64,000 nt of DNA from Basidiobolus meristosporus CBS 931.73 (GCA_002104905.1 MCFE01000070.1:123138-187137); one strand, 5' to 3'. Counted from the stretch's first letter, positions 13,023-28,271 are shown. A program made the numbers and translations. Notes: a model not told the origin generated them from the letters alone.

Positions 13023-14789
13023 ATGAGCGGTGAAAAGAACGAGGAGGAAGCAACTATAGCACTGCGAAACAAGCTTCTAGTCAAATACTTTCGCCCCCTT
13101 TTCTTTATATGGGTCGTTTCTCATGCTTGGAAGATCATTAAATATTTTTTCTTTACTCCAACTCCTTATCCCGATTTAGACGTTCTCTCTTCCATCAACA
13201 AGAATTCTTACCTCGTAAGTTGACGTTACTGGTACACGTATTCCGCACAAAAACAAGGACTAATCCTTTTACTCTAGCCTGTAGGCTTGATTGAGGGAAC
13301 CTCTTGTGATTTTGAAGCCATTAGAAATCTCAACGAGAAGCTTTCTCCCGAGCTTCATAACCTGGTGCAAACCCCATTCTTCCGGTATTATAAGGTGGTT
13401 TTTATGTCACATGTAAATGTAAGCTAGGTTTTCACTGACGCCTTTGATCCGATTCCAGTTAAACCTCTACAAACAATGCCCTTTTTGGCCCGACAACTAC
13501 TTGTGTAACCGGGAGGATTGCAACGTTGAAGTGATGGACGAAGTATGTATTCTCGCCGATCATGCATCTGTTTAACCTGAGAATAACATCATCGTAGGTG
13601 GATGTTCCGGAGGCGTTGAAGAACAAACTCAGTGCCATTGATTTCTCGCCAGCTGGTTTGGTAAGTGTCGAAACAAGATTCATGTCAGGCGGCAGGTTTA
13701 CTAACATCGCTACCAGAGTTTCCAGCCCTTCAAAAAATGCGAATTTACCAACAAAGATTTCTGTGTGCTTGAGGATGAGGCATCTCAAGGTACCGCTGAT
13801 CACATGAACGGATTTTGGCGCGAATGAGCCTGACCTGTATTTGCTTCAGATGGGATATTCGTAGATCTCATTAAAAACCCGGAACGCTTTACTGGATTCG
13901 CAGGCCCGCCTGCGCGAAAGATTTGGCAAGCAGTTTACGAGGAAAATTGCTTCTCTCCTATCAAATTGATCTCGGATGCGAATGATCACGTAGTGCCAAT
14001 GACAAATGCGTTCATGGATAGTGTAAAGGAGGAGGACAAGACATGCTTGGAAGAGCGGGTGTTTTATCGCCTCATATCAGGTACACATCTTCCCAGAAAT
14101 TCGCCCCCAGACTGTGAATTCCAACACTGGCATGTTTTTAGGGCTTCACACTTCGGTTTCCGTTCATATTTGCGACGAATACTTTGATCAGGCAACTGGT
14201 CAATGGGGGACCAACCTCGAGTGTTTCCACGAACGTGTCGGAAGATACCCTGAGCGTATAGAGAACATGTATTTCAATTATGCTATTATCCTCCGTGCTT
14301 TGAACAAAATGTCCACTTATCTCCAGAGATACGATTATTGCAGCGGAGATCCCAAGGAAGATCATAACGTGAAGGTAAATGCCTGAGCACTATTGGTGCA
14401 TAACTTCCTGACTCGACTCGACCTCACTCAACTTGCAGGTGATATTAGATACAATTCTGGCCTTGAGCAAATCGTTACCCTCGACATTTAATGAGAAGGT
14501 ATTGTTCAGTGATCCCACAGCGGCCTTGCTGAAGGAGGAATTCAAAGATCATTTCCGAAATGTCACCCGCATCATGGATTGTGTGGGTTGTGAGAAATGC
14601 CGATTGTGGGGCAAAATCCAAACCTCTGGCTTGGGAACCGCGCTCAAAGTGCTCTTTTCCTATGACGAGCACAAGTTTGGCCCTCGAGCAAGCCCAAGTT
14701 TACTACAGCGTAGCGAGCTCGTAGCTTTGCTCAACACCTTCAACCGATTTTCCGAGAGTATAGCTGCGTTGCAGCGCCTTAAGAAATAG
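13023..14789 (+). CDS. ERO1: Endoplasmic reticulum oxidoreductin 1, multi-exon
   Basis: FFRYYK, CPFW, NPERFTG, CLEERVFYRLISG, HTSVSVHIC and RIMDCVGCEKCRLWGKIQTSGLGTALKVLF (CxxCxxC active site). Confidence 0.95.
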
Positions 14790-15505
14790 TAGATGTTTAC
14801 TATAGATCCTTCTACTTCTACACTTGCAATTAAACTAGATTAAAGACGCAAACACCAACAATGTTGTGGTGGTCATCTTCCATGCTGTATGAAAAACCCT
14901 TATGCAATGCATGAATGGCATGCATATATGACGGCTAAATCATTCAGACATTACACAAGGATAATTGTGGCCAATTGACAAATTAGTGCTTGACCTATAG
15001 AGACTGGCAAAGGGCCTGGCCGCGGGTTAATGTTTCATTCGACTATGTTAATTATTTATCCATCATTTTTCCTAAAGATGCGTTCACTTGAACAAAACAA
15101 GCCGAGTAGAACAAACCAGTCAGAATAATAGAATCTGTTTCATTTCATATATATGTTCAACGAAGAGCGTATGGGATAATGGAGCCCAGCAGGCCTTTGG
15201 ACGACTTTATTTCCGAGAACATTGAGCAGAATGATACATCAATCACATCATTACATTGAGCCTCATTGCTATATATCTAACCGGATTTGATTCGACATAC
15301 ATTGAACTTCTCGCCCCCTTATAGTCCCAGCCTACTTTCCTAGCTTGGTCCCTCTTCCCTGGACTGGTTTTATTAATTGTCCAAATTTTGGCTATTCTTA
15401 TCTCTATAAGATAGCGAGTTGTTTAATTTAATATTCTCATAAAGCCTCTACTCGTATTAACTCGAATAACAGAAACATTAAAGTTAACCTCAACAAGGGT
15501 TTGTA

Positions 15506-18500
15506 ATGCGGAACTCTTTGCAAAATTTACTGGAGCTAGACGACCAGCAGTTGGTTGAGAAATTCCGTAAGTTTCTCTATTTCCTTTAGCACGTCACGCA
15601 AACCAAAAAACAAACCCTCGTGGCTATTTTCGAACCGCTTGACGGTTTCAGGGGCCTTTACCTCACCAATTCTGGCCGCCGGTTCAGCAGCTTCACAAGA
15701 TAAGCCAGTAGCCTCTACCTTAAATCCCGCTTGTTGTTGCGGTAGCGAGGATTGCACTGGACATCTCAAAAGGAACCAACAGATTCAGGAAAAGACTACG
15801 CAACTTACACTGCTAGCAGGTTAGGCTTGGTCAGCAAAGTGAAGTTTTCCTATTTTCTCATCTTTTCCACAATTTAGAACTGAGTAATGCAATACTACTG
15901 AAACATGAGGCACATATTCAAGATTCAGCTTTTGCACTTGAAACAGCTCAACAAGAGGTGATCTCCGTGCTCTAGTTATACATCGGCGAGTTCTAATCCT
16001 TTGAGAAATCCAGTGCGAGCAGAAAGAGATCGAACTACGGGAGATACTCCTCATGGCGCAACAAATGAGAAATGATATGGAAGCTATTGAGGAATCTCGG
16101 GATAATCTTTACGTTTCTACGCTAAAAACGGAAAAGGTTGGCATTCGATATGGTTTTGTAAGGTTGACTTCGTTAATAATCATATGTTTTGCGCAGACGT
16201 TGGCGGCAGTTACAAAGGATCTAGAAGAAGCTAATTTTCGCGTACGCGAGCTCAATCTCGAACTTGAGGAGCAAATTCAGTCAAATGAGAAACTTCGGTC
16301 CGAGACAATAAGAGCCCGTCGATCAACTGCTAAAGTAGATGAGTGGAAAGAAAAGGTACACAGTCCGGCCATGCTTTCACACATCCCAGCCTCAGTCTTT
16401 TACCCTTATCAATTCGATAGGTCGTCAATCTACAGTGTGAACTCGAGAAATATCGTCAATCTGAGGCATCTTATCTTGCCAAGATTCGAACCCTGAGAGA
16501 ATCTTATGGTAAATATTGGTCGATGGCACTGGTGATACTCGTTTGGTTAAGTTTAGTGATTTTCGTAGACGAACTGGAGAGAGAGCATGACCATCTTCTA
16601 ACTGAGTATCAAGAACAATCCTGCGAACGCGAAAATCACGAGACACTCTCTTGGTTACGGGATTCTAATGAAAAGCTTCGGGAGTATATTTCATATGTAT
16701 GGCTTTGCTGCACTCAATGCTATGCCAACTACCATTGCTAACTTAACCATTGAAGCTTGAAATCAAGACGCCAAGTCAAGTTCACAACGCAGGCCAAGAC
16801 AATGACGCTGTAATCTCCATCCTCAAGGAAATATCAGACGAAAATGTCAGACTGAAGTCTGAGATGGCAGAATACTATGAGCTCTTGACTGAGTCGCGGA
16901 ATGAAGTAGCATCACTAAAGGCCAAGTTGGAGGATCTTACGTTTGGGAGCTTCTCTATTGATGCTTTCGATAGTATGTATGCCAACATAGATAATGGCTA
17001 CAGCAAAGTGAATGCCCCGTTCTGTTATCCCAAGGAGGACTGTTCGAAATTTCACGAATTGCAGCTCCATAGCGCTTCCGCACCTTCCATCGCCCCGTGT
17101 TGGGATGAGCTTCAAGATCGACCAGTCAGATCATTGACGGTTCCAGCTACCCCTGAAGGGACGTATGCTGCAAGGGACACAATGTTTGGAGAGCTAGAGA
17201 AATATATTCGAAGGAAAAGACGGCAGAGAAGAAGTTTCAGAGACTCTCACTACGAGAGAGGCCGAGGTTCAGAGTATTCAGAATCGGCCAGCAACGACTC
17301 TTGCACTGATACTTCAGACACTCAGAGCCTTTATTCTGATGAAAACTTGAGTGAGGTGATACACGAATATAAGCCCTTGATCAATGATGGCGCGCCCTCA
17401 CTAACAGCCATTTATATAGTCTCTTACATCGAACAATACGTCTACCAAAGCAGATTACCCTAGTGGTGGACTATCAGGCAATCACCCAGCTTGCAAATTA
17501 TCCGAAGAGTTGGCAATTGGTGAGCAACCCAAAGTTGTACCAAAGGTGGGTCTATCAGCACTGGATACGGACACAGAGATCGACAGATTGAACCATTCGG
17601 AAGGAGAGAGAATAGGTATGGTACCATATGGAAGGTATCACAACTGATCACGTATACTCAGACTCGCTCTAAAACCCCCTAGTTCAAGAAACCCGTCTTA
17701 CTTCATGCCCCGATAGCCTCACTCAAGCCACTGAGGTTGGTACACTTTCAACTTGCGAACAAGCCAGAGCTTATAGCAATGCGGACATTGAGAGAGTATC
17801 TAGTCAATGGTCCACTTCTTCGAACGAGTCTACAGAAGTTATGGCAAAGTTGCAGAGTGGACATATCAACACTCAGCCGAAGTCAAGTAACTTGTCAACC
17901 CAACTTGGTATTCTACAGAAGAAGCAAGACGCTGAGGCCAGTCCCAACAACCCGGTTGTCCTGAGCAGAAATGAATTTGGGGGAAGCATACCACTACCAG
18001 TAATAGATAATCCTTCGGAGGCGGTGCAGAGGGTATATTTGCTTCACCAGAAGAGAAACGCAGTTGAACCAAGAATGACAAGAAGGCAGGAGCACCTGTC
18101 AAACCAGTTGGACGCCGATATGAGTAGCTTTGCTGGCCGATACAATTGTGAGTTATCTACTTCAATTGAAGGCAAGTTTATGAGTAGAACTAGAGATTTG
18201 TTCACAAAGCTTACATATATGCGCACACGTTTACAGGCCATACCAAGAGGTCAACTACAATGCCCCAAACCCAGCTACCCGCTGCAACAAAAGCGTCCGA
18301 CCATACCTATCAGAGACTGTTTGTCTATCTTTCAGTGATGTTTGAGCGCATTCGTGCTACTGAGATGGCCAATATTAATCGACCTCTTCGCAAAGCATTC
18401 GATATAGATGCATTATCAGAAGTCAGCAACTCGATGCTAAGTAGCATATTAGATGAACTAACTGACATGGATAAACACCTCGGGTCAAACGACCGATCAA

Positions 18501-18949
18501 GAGATATCGAACTAAAACTACTGATCGAACTGTTGCAACAAATTCTGAGAGATCTGGCAATGTTGCGTATGACCTCCAATGAATATAGTGTAGCTTATTG
18601 CCGTCTAATCAAGCAGAAGGAGCAGGAATCTTTGCTAAACAGATCACCTGTGTTACCTGTGGCTGTATCGGCACCGGCACCAGCACCAGCACCAGTATCC
18701 TGGAACGAAGTTCAACCTGAGCCGCTTGTGGCCACAGACAGAACACCGATATCTGCCACATTAACATCCCCTATCTCACGAACTCTAGATAAATGGCACA
18801 CGTGCGCATCACACCTCACCACCTTGATGGACAATTCTCGAAAGGAAGTCACATCTAGACTGTGGTATGATCCATTCGGGATCCATCGGCCGATCGGATA
18901 CCGAAGTTCTGGGCAAACTTGGTGCCCCAACTCCCATCTGAACTTCTGA
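15506..18949 (+). CDS. Multi-exon coiled-coil protein of unknown function
   Basis: Chain of E/Q/K/L-rich ORF segments (16053-16496, 16750-17463, 17841-18338, 18260-18949) bounded by canonical splice sites; no family recognised. Confidence 0.55.
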
Positions 18950-19532
18950 CAGAAGCTCAGTGTACATACTTGGTTTTGATTAATTAGAGTCCACTTCTAA
19001 CCCATGTTTAATCCATAATATAGTCTAGTTTGATTAGAACCCACGCTTAAATATATCTAATCCATTCACCATACCCATATCCACGCACCCCCCCCCCAGA
19101 AATAAAGTTACGAATGAGGCCGGTTGTGCCAATTATCATGCAAGATAGACTATCGATGGCTATCGTTGGTTCAGTATCTGGACTGCCCTAAGGTTCCAAA
19201 TCGGGAAATATTGTTTCCAATCAGGAGAATTTCCAAGTCATTTTCGGCCTCTCCGTAGTGTTTGACGGAAGTGTTTCGTGGAAACCAGCGGTGGATTAGC
19301 GGTGGATTAGGGGATCGATAGAATAGTGAATTCATGGAATCATAAGGCATCATTCAGGTTTCATGAGATTTTCTCGATTTGTCAGGGAAACACAAATTTT
19401 TGAAGGATCTTCGTTGTTTTGATTTTTTTTCCAATCCCCTCTCCTTATTTAGTTATCTTCCGTGGTGAACAGTACTAAATTGCTTCTCAGCAAGACTTCT
19501 TTCCCATACCTGCCGAGTGTCTTTATTAAAAA

Positions 19533-21295
19533 ATGCAACCAGGTACACCAGAGACTCCCTTACCGAAGGCCCAGTTCTTCGTCCTTTCGTGCGTGCTGCT
19601 GGCTGAGCCAGTGGTGCTGACCGTCATCTTCCCGTTCATGTATTATGTAGGCTTGGTTTTCCGACTTTATCTTATTTGCCTGTAAGTACTAACGTCCTTA
19701 TCTTCTAGATGGTAGAGTGGCTGTCTGTACTCTGTGGCCCGTTCGCAGCGGTGTTAATCCTCCCCTCCCTTTTAGGTGCGCGATTTTGGTATTGCAAAGG
19801 AAGAGAAGGAAATCGGTTTTTATGTTGGCTTGTTGGCCGCCGTATTCTCCATTGCCGAGATGATTTCCGGGTTGTTTTGGGGCGTCGTATCCGATAAGAT
19901 TGGTCGCCGCCCAGTTATTCTTATGGGCCTAATTGGCAGCTTCCTCGGTTGTACCATGTTTGGTCTTAGTAAATCATATGGATGGGCCATATTTGCACGC
20001 TGTGTCAGCGGATTGCTGAATGGCAATGTGGGAGTTGTCAAGAGTGTCATCGGCGAGCTGACCGATAGAACTAATCAAGGTAGGATTTTATTTCTCAAGG
20101 GCTTAGTTGCTTTTTCGGAAAGTGACCCTTTTTCTATTCGTAGCCAAGGGCTTCAGCCTTGTCTCCTTGATGTGGGGTGCCGGTATCGTCAGTAAGTATC
20201 TTGCTTTTATTTATTTGGCTAGCCGTCTCTGACTCGGGTTTCCTTTCGAAGTTGGTCCTACTATTGCTGGTTTGCTCTCCAATCCCGTCGAGCAGTTCCC
20301 CTTTTTGTTTGGGTCGTCGGAGTTTCTTAAAGAATATCCTTACTTCCTTCCATGTATCACCGCCGCATCCATCACAATCCCTGGATTTTTCATGGGCTTT
20401 TTCGTCTTGGAAGAGACTTTAGAGTCCAAGAAATCCAGGAGCACCGATGCTGCACCTACAGAAAACTCCCCTCTCCTGGCCGAACGAACCGATTCCGTAT
20501 CTAGCAGCAGCACTCAAGTTGAGCCAAGTGCCTCTGGTCCTTTTGCGTTTCCAGTTCTTATGGCTATCCTCGGATATGGATTGTTGGCATTCCAGACTAC
20601 CTTGTGTGACGAGCTTTTCCCCGTATGGGCATCCTCACCTATTCCTTTCGGCGGTCTCTCATTTACCGTGTCCAAAGTTGGTCTCGCGCTGTCGATATGC
20701 GGTGCGTTCATCGTCATCGGACAGCTAGCCTTTTATCCACCATGCCAGCGTAAATTAGGAACCTTGCCTTTCTACCGCTGGAGCTTGTTCGCTTACATGG
20801 TCACCTACGCAACATTCCAACTTGGATCGGTGGTCGCGAAGAAAGTCGAATATGAAGGCTGGCACGAGGGCTGGGTGTGGGCCATCGTGATTTTCGATCT
20901 GGCCGCAAAAACCCTTTGTGGCGCCGGTGCATATACTAACATCTTTATCTTGGTAAGTGACGGGAAAATTGGTGCCTACAGCCTTTCCTACCTTTGCTGA
21001 CCTGTTTCTTTGCCACTAGTTGAACAATGCTGCCCCCAACGAGAAATACCTGGGAACTATCAATGGTGCCTCACAATGCGTAGCCGCCTTTACTCGAGCC
21101 ATTTCACCAGCTTTGGGTGGAATCACGTGGAGCTGGTCTCTCAAAGCAGGATTACCCTATCCGTTCAATCACCAGTTCGCATGGATCTTGTTGACTCTGT
21201 GCAGTGGCATCTCATTGATTCAAAGTTTCTGGATCACCGATGAGAAAACCAGCCAGAAAGAGGAAACGGTTGTTCCAGTCGAACAAAGCGCATGA
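19533..21295 (+). CDS. MFS transporter (DHA1 / YCR023C-ZIFL-like), multi-exon
   Basis: TPLPKAQFFVL, GFYVGLL, WG.VSDKIGRRPVILMGL, GLLNGNVGVVKSVIGELTD, LGTINGASQ motifs. Confidence 0.9.
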
Positions 21296-21647
21296 GCCTT
21301 ACATTTCCTTGCAAGCAGCTAGGAGGATTTCGATTTAATTAGACAGCATTTTGTATTGATCTAGAATTCACCCATCAAACTTGTCCATATTATCGTCGCA
21401 TACTTGAGCATTGTTCTCAATAAATAATACTAGTGGTGACTGGTGATGTTGGCGATTTTATATATCAGTGGTTGCAGAAGCATTCAGCTAAGAGGGGTGA
21501 TGAAAATTCACATGGATAATGACAATTGTACAATTGAACCATTTTCACAAGAAAAGGTGGGGATTTCTATAAAGCAAGGGGAATTTCCGCAAAAAGGCCG
21601 GTATGGCAGAAAATTCGATGAAATGGGGAGAAATGTACGAAGTGTGT

Positions 21648-24600
21648 TCATAGGTCAAGTCGATGGTTAATCAACTCGGTCCATTGTTTTAGCTGGAATA
21701 AACAGATTTGAGTGAACTACCAAGAGTATGGCGCATCAGAGGCAACATACCGTTTCCGATGATCCAGTGAAGTACAGGATGGTTTGATTGTCGACCAGGC
21801 GCATGGCTTCAATGAAGAGAATGGTTATTATTCGTCATATGTAATGGCTGGCCGTGTAAACGAACGTACTGTTATTGTCAATCATCGTGGCTGGTTTGGA
21901 CCTTGAGGAAAGCTGAAGGATTCGCAGCTTTCTGTACTCCTTATTCGAAGGCTTGCACTGGTGATAAAGAAGAGAGTAAGTTACATGTCACCGCTTACCG
22001 AATGTAGCGGTGGCTCGACGCTTACCTTGATCATAATATCGTTGAACAGATAAAACATGAAATCCGAGTCGATGACCATTTCGTGTAGATAGGGACAATC
22101 CCTGGTTTTCTGGGTTTTTGGATCTTTCACTTGGGCGTTGAAAGTCCGAACAATTTTGTGCAAATGCAGTGTTCCCTCGTGGATGTAACGACGATGAGGC
22201 TGGACCAAAGGAATCTCGCATGCTCCCTTGATTTTGGCCTGGATGGCGATCACTCGATGTTTACGTTCGTGTTCTCGCTTGCGCTCATTGATCTCCTGAG
22301 CACGTATCGTAATTTCCTCCAATGCCAATCTTAAATCTTGGATATCCGGATGATCTGGAAGCGTATTGGCAAGCAAATCCTATGTTGCGAAATTGTCATG
22401 TGAGTGTTGTGCGCTAATCGATGCGCATGCCAAAACAATGAGCATCCCATACCTGAAGCAACATCTTGTATCGAGGAATCCGTTGAACTGGCAATAGAAG
22501 GTATCCTTGTAAATTCAACTGATTGTGGTTGGGGTGCTGTAGAGCAGACTTGAAGGAAAATCGGTTAGCAAGCCGATTACGAAACATTCTCTCCCAATAT
22601 TCACCTTCAAGTAAGTGCTCGTGCGCTTAGGATGCTTGGCAATCAATGACTGTAATTCGGATAATGCATAGTCAAAATTGTTGATGTAGACGGAGTACAT
22701 TTTGATGTATGGATTCTATTCAATCCCATTGTAAGTAAAGGATTTTAGAGAAAGCGAACAATGAACCAACATACGTGTTTTGCAAAAACCCGGCCAATAC
22801 ATTGGTTTTCCTCCTTCAAACATGACTTGAGAGCAGGCAAGAGGTGCTCTCGATGGAAGAGTAGAATACTTTCTACGTTGGAGAAGATCGCTTTGCTCTT
22901 TCTCGGGCTCATCACTTTATTCGATTCGGCAGGCAGCAGGTAAATCTGGAAAATGTGAGGTTAAAAGCAGCCCGGTGCAACCAATATCCCTCGTAGACTT
23001 ACTTGGATCAGGTTTTCGAGAGAAGCAACATAGGTTTCTTCAGTAGCAATGATTTCGCTGATGATATTGTTCCGCTGGTCCATTATCCCGTACATCGACA
23101 AGTGAACTAAAGAACGAAAACATTATTAAGAGTCTTTCCATTATAGAGCGCTGGTTCTGAGAGATTCTTACCCGCTTTACGATAAGTTTGCTCAGTCTCA
23201 GGCCCGTGGACATCCGACGCTGCGGTGTTCCCACGCTTTTGAACGCCAACTTTAAGTAGATCACGTTCGTTTGTCTCCGGGTCCAAATCGTACAAATCAC
23301 GTAGTTTATCTAGGAATGGGCCAACGGCAGGAGATGAAGTGGACCCAATGTTCCCAGAATCCCAGCTACCAGGTCGCGAAAAGGACGTAGAATTGGAGTA
23401 TGTTGAATAGGCCGAGCTACCCAATACACCATATCCAGCAGAGCCATTGAGATTCCAGTCTGAGGTGTTTTGATAGTCTACACTATTGCGCCGGGCGTCG
23501 GGATACTCGCCGTTTAAATCAAACGAGCCACGCTTCGCCCTTTGGAGCAGGTTTGGGGATGAGAAGCGGGGTCGAAGGGTCCGGTTTAGAAGTGCTTTGA
23601 ACTGAGGGCCTTTGGAAGGGTTTGCACCCGCATGTGGATCCTCGTCACCCTCTTTGAATATTTGATCAACCGAAACTCTGGATTCATTCGAATCAGCACC
23701 ACGTCGGCTTTTGAAAGGGTTCAAAGTGCTGAACTTGGATCCTTTTGTGGTAGAAACCTTGGCTTCCTGGTTATTTGGGATGTTGACCTTGGAGGAAGGG
23801 TTGAGTGGCTGCGGCTGCGACAGCCCCATGCTTATCTCCTCACTTAATGTGGTATCGAAGGGGAGTTGATTGTGGTGCTGCTGGGCAAAGTTACTCCAGA
23901 GATGGGCCAGTGGAGGGCTGATTTTTCTTTCCTTACGCCTCATGCCATCATTGTCCAGTAAGGTGACCACGGCAGGTTTACGGTTCAACCCCAATCGGCC
24001 TAGCGAGAAAGTTTTGTACATTGGGTCATCGCCATATCCGTAGCCAGCCAACCCACCGCTCTTGCCTATGGACTGGCTCTTGTCGCGCTGCGTATTGGAA
24101 ACCTTGATGAAGCTCCGCTTGCCGCGGAACGGCATGGATAGGATTGGCACAACCAGCTCGCTGAATGGATAGATAAACGGGTTTCCGTCAACCAGAAACG
24201 AGGTGAGATTCGCGGAGAGAAGCCCCAGAGAAAATGGAACGTCGATGAGCTGGTTGTTCCGGACATCTAGATGACAAAGGGAAACCAATCTACATACAGA
24301 TGCATCTGTGCTCTATATCAGCGTCATGTCAAATGAAGCAACCATCTAACATGCCACCTACCCAATTTCTGAATGCGATTTTCTGAAACATCTAAAACCT
24401 CCAGATTCTCCAAGTTGTACAATGTTTGTGGTAGGGCCTCGATGTGATTGTTCCTGAGATAAAGCTCCTTCAACGTCTTGACCTGACCAATGTCTGGTGG
24501 AAGCTCAACTATTTGATTGAATGACAGGTCCAGGACAACCAACTGGGGCAGATTCCAGAAAGCACACAGGGGAAATCTGTTGATGCTATTTTGTGTGAGG

Positions 24601-25092
24601 ATCAAGTGAGTGACATCTAAGAATGGATGGATTAGTATCGGGAGTGCTCACGCCTGCTTGCAGTCCAATAACCATACCGTTCTGTGTTTCCGGGAATTTC
24701 TCCAGCCCCTTAAAGGAAAGGTCCAGGAAAACGGTTGCCGGAGTGTCGTACTGGCTTGAATCGTCGTCTGACAGAGTAAGCGAGATGGCTGAGCTCAGGG
24801 AAGATTCCGAGCTCTTGTGCGCAAGCATCGGGCTCGTCTGAAGCTTCTGTTTGATGAATTGGGATATCCGATTGATAGGGTATTTTGGCACATGAAGGGC
24901 ATGGTATCTCGATATTCTTCTTCCAAAAGAGTTTCTATTTGGCTCTAATACGTTGTCTAATTCTAAAACCGACTCCTCTTTTTCGCTTTTTTCGGTAGCA
25001 GCCAAGTACTCATAACTTGGTGGCAGTTGATTGGACTCTAAAGGCCTCGGTATTTTCAGAGGACTTTGATTCGACTTTAGAAGGACTGTCAT
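21648..25092 (-). CDS. Leucine-rich-repeat plus RhoGEF (DH-PH) protein, multi-exon
   Basis: LRRs (LDLSFNQIVELP, LYLRNNHIEALP). DH start RNNIISEIIATEETYVASLE, KMYSVYINNFD, HPDIQDLRLALEEI. PH start LVQPHRRYIHEGTL. Confidence 0.85.
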
Positions 25093-26459
25093 TCGAGGCT
25101 ATGGCTGAAAAGAACGGAGTGGTATACTGTCTCAAAAAAGAAAGTAGGAAATATGGCAGAGTATCAGGTGAACAGGGCAAAACAACGTCTAGTTGTTGGA
25201 GAGGAATGTAACAAGGTAAGTGGATAGTATTTAGAATGGAATAAAGCTAGAAGGATAATGGGAAATGAGGTAGAGATAAATAAGAAAATCGAGTCTGTCC
25301 TTTTGTTACCGAACGCAAAAACAGGTTTGTTGATTGACAAGTTTACGACATTCCAAGCTCCAAAATACCACCTCAGACACTTAAAAACCCGTTCGACCAA
25401 TCTTCAATCTGAGTTTAAATTTGCCTTTAAATATACTATAAGCGGCACCAACATCATTACAAAGCCTCTTTTTGATGAAACAGAAATATTATCGCCCACT
25501 ATGATTGGGCCATCTACTGTATCTACCCATAAAAATACCATGGCAAACCGGAATTTACCATTCCATCACCACTAGCCATAAATCGGCAACTTACCAGCAT
25601 TGAAGATCATCCTTCACTCGTGAATATGCATTCGGTCAAGCACCCCTATGACATTTCCAACTGCTTTCACCCCATTAAATATGTCATGGAACCTGAACGG
25701 ATCCGGTAGCTCCATATCTCGAGTAACAGGCGTTTTCCCGCAATTTAAGTCGTCACGAAGCCTTTGTTCACCTTGCTTAGCCATGTATGGGATGTATAAA
25801 GGTGGTGCTGAATGTGCCTTGCTTGTCCCAATCCTCCTCAAAGAAGGCTACTGTTGATAGGCAGATTTGCCTGGTGATTTTGCCATTCTATGGGTATGTG
25901 GGATGATTATTCCAGGTACCCAGATCACCTATTCAGGCGCCAGCTGTTTTCCAGCCAATGACTCTTCGTCATACAGTCAGGCACGTCGATAGAGCAAATA
26001 TTCTAATCAGTACGAGATCGAGATGATCCCCAAGGGTGATCCTTAAATTCCATTTCATGGTTTCACCTCGACAATCAATCCAATGTGCCTCGATTTTCCC
26101 AAGCTAAATGAAAATTTGTTTAATCAGAACGCTGTTTAGACCCTTGCTTAAAGATGAGAAAAGTTGCTTAAACTAGCCAAAAATGATTGAAACCTAGCAT
26201 AATGACTCAGCCATAATCATTCCATCACAAACAGTTGCTTATCATAACTTTTCGTGAATAAAGAAGGATATGTAACCATATGGGCGGTGCTGCGGACACT
26301 GTCTAATGATTTGCAGTTTCGAATGGATATACTCGGAAAAATATCCAACTGAATGAAAAAAACCAATGAGAGATGACTGTGAATGGACTGATTATTCTAA
26401 TTTATAGGCTCCAAGGTGGTGTTTGCAACCTGTATCTTTATTTTAGATAGTTGTTTGCC

Positions 26460-28271
26460 ATGTCTTCGAACAACATATCTTCCAGAGCTGCTGATACGCC
26501 TACGCCTCTGCCAAAGCGTCAGCTGTTTATCATATGTGTAGCTAGAGCCGGGGAACCCATTTCCATGACAATTCTCTTTCCGTTCATCTATTATGTATGT
26601 ATTATTTTGCTCCGAAGAATCCAGGACCGGCTTTCTTAACAACTTTTGTTGTCCTTTAGATGGTTAGTTCGTGACGTGTCTAAAGTTTGACAACGCCTTG
26701 GTTGACCGGCCGTAAATCTACTCTAGGTGAGGGATTTCAACTTTGTCAAGGACGAAAGCGAAGTTGGTTACTACGCGGGGTATATTGCCTCGAGCTTTGC
26801 AGTGGCACAGGTTCTCACTGGTAATAGTTGCAGTCCACTGGAAATTGAACCATAAGGCCTTGACTAATACGTGACAAAAGGTATTCCCTGGGGTATACTA
26901 TCAGATCGAATCGGACGTCGGCCGGTCATTTTGATGGGTTTTTTCGGGACTTTTATGGGAACTTTTCTGTTCGGATTTAGCAAAAGTTTGACTTGGGCGA
27001 TCGTGACGCGCTCTATGTGTGGGTTGCTAAACGGGAACGTGGGAGTAATTAAAAGCATGGTTGCTGAAATCACGGATCTGACTAATCAAAGTACGTATTC
27101 CACGGTACACAAGATATCTACTCTGTACTGATGTTAGTTTAGGTGTCGCATTCAGTCTTCTACCATTGGTGTGGGGTGTCGGAAGCATTGGTAAGCTCAC
27201 TTCCTCTCGCGATGAAACATGATTAAGGGTTAACCAGCAATCGTATGCAGTTGGGCCGATCTTGGGTGGCTTGTTATCTCAGCCTGCTGAGCAATATCCA
27301 AGCTTGTTTGGGCAGTACGAGTTCTTCCATACTTACCCGTACTTCCTGCCCTGCTTCGTCTCTTCCATGATTAGTCTTATGGGCTTGATATTGGCATTTT
27401 TCTACTTGGAAGAGTCATTAGACGCCAAAGCTCGTAATCCCGGCCTTTCGGAAAGAACACCACTGTTGACCGAAACCGGAGCATCTCAAGATTCGGAAGC
27501 ATCCGCAAGCAATGGGCTGTTGAGCGCTTTTACAAGAAACACAGTGCCAGTGATCATCGGATACATGTTGTTGGCGCTTCAGAGCATTATAACCGACGAG
27601 ATCATCCCAATCTGGGCCGCCACAACAATCGTCAAGGGTGGCCTTCACTTCACCACAAAGCAAACCGGATTATTTCTATCATTTTGTGGGCTCATCACGC
27701 CGCCGCTCCAATGGTTCCTATATCCGAAATTTCATAAAATCTTCGGCCCACGGAGACTCTACCAGCTTTCGATGCTCCTACTTGCCCCAGTGTACTTCAC
27801 GATACCATTTGTCTCGAATCTCGCCAGAGACGAAAGCGACAATGGTAGTCGTCTAGTGTGGGCGGCTTTGCTTTCTTTGATCGGTCTGCGTGCCGCCTGT
27901 AATGTGTTCTCATTTACGAACTGCAACATCTTGGTGAGTATCCTTGATTTTTAATGGGGCAGGGCGTGCTTTATTTACTCACACCATACTTATGATAGGT
28001 TGCTAATTCCGCGCCATCAAGAAGAGTTCTTGGATCATTAAACGGCATTAACCAAGTTGCTTGCTCAATAATGCGAGCAATTGGTCCGACATTGGGCGGT
28101 ACTCTCTGGAGTTGGTCTCTGTCACATGATTATAGCTTCCCCTTTGATTTCCATTTCATTTTCAACTTTCTGTCTTTGATAGCTCTTGCCACTGCTTTAG
28201 AAACCTTGTTGATGAAAGATAGTTATGTTGACGACGCGGATGAAGTGGTATCACAAGAATCCAGTGATTGA
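26460..28271 (+). CDS. MFS transporter, paralog of 19533-21295, multi-exon
   Basis: TPLPKRQLFII, WGILSDRIGRRPVILMG, GLLNGNVGVIKSMVAEITD, YPYFLPC, LGSLNGINQ. Confidence 0.9.

Noticed and set aside
25164-25857. Short ORFs upstream of the RhoGEF gene
   Set aside because: No recognisable domain on either strand; may be a decayed relic but unsupported.
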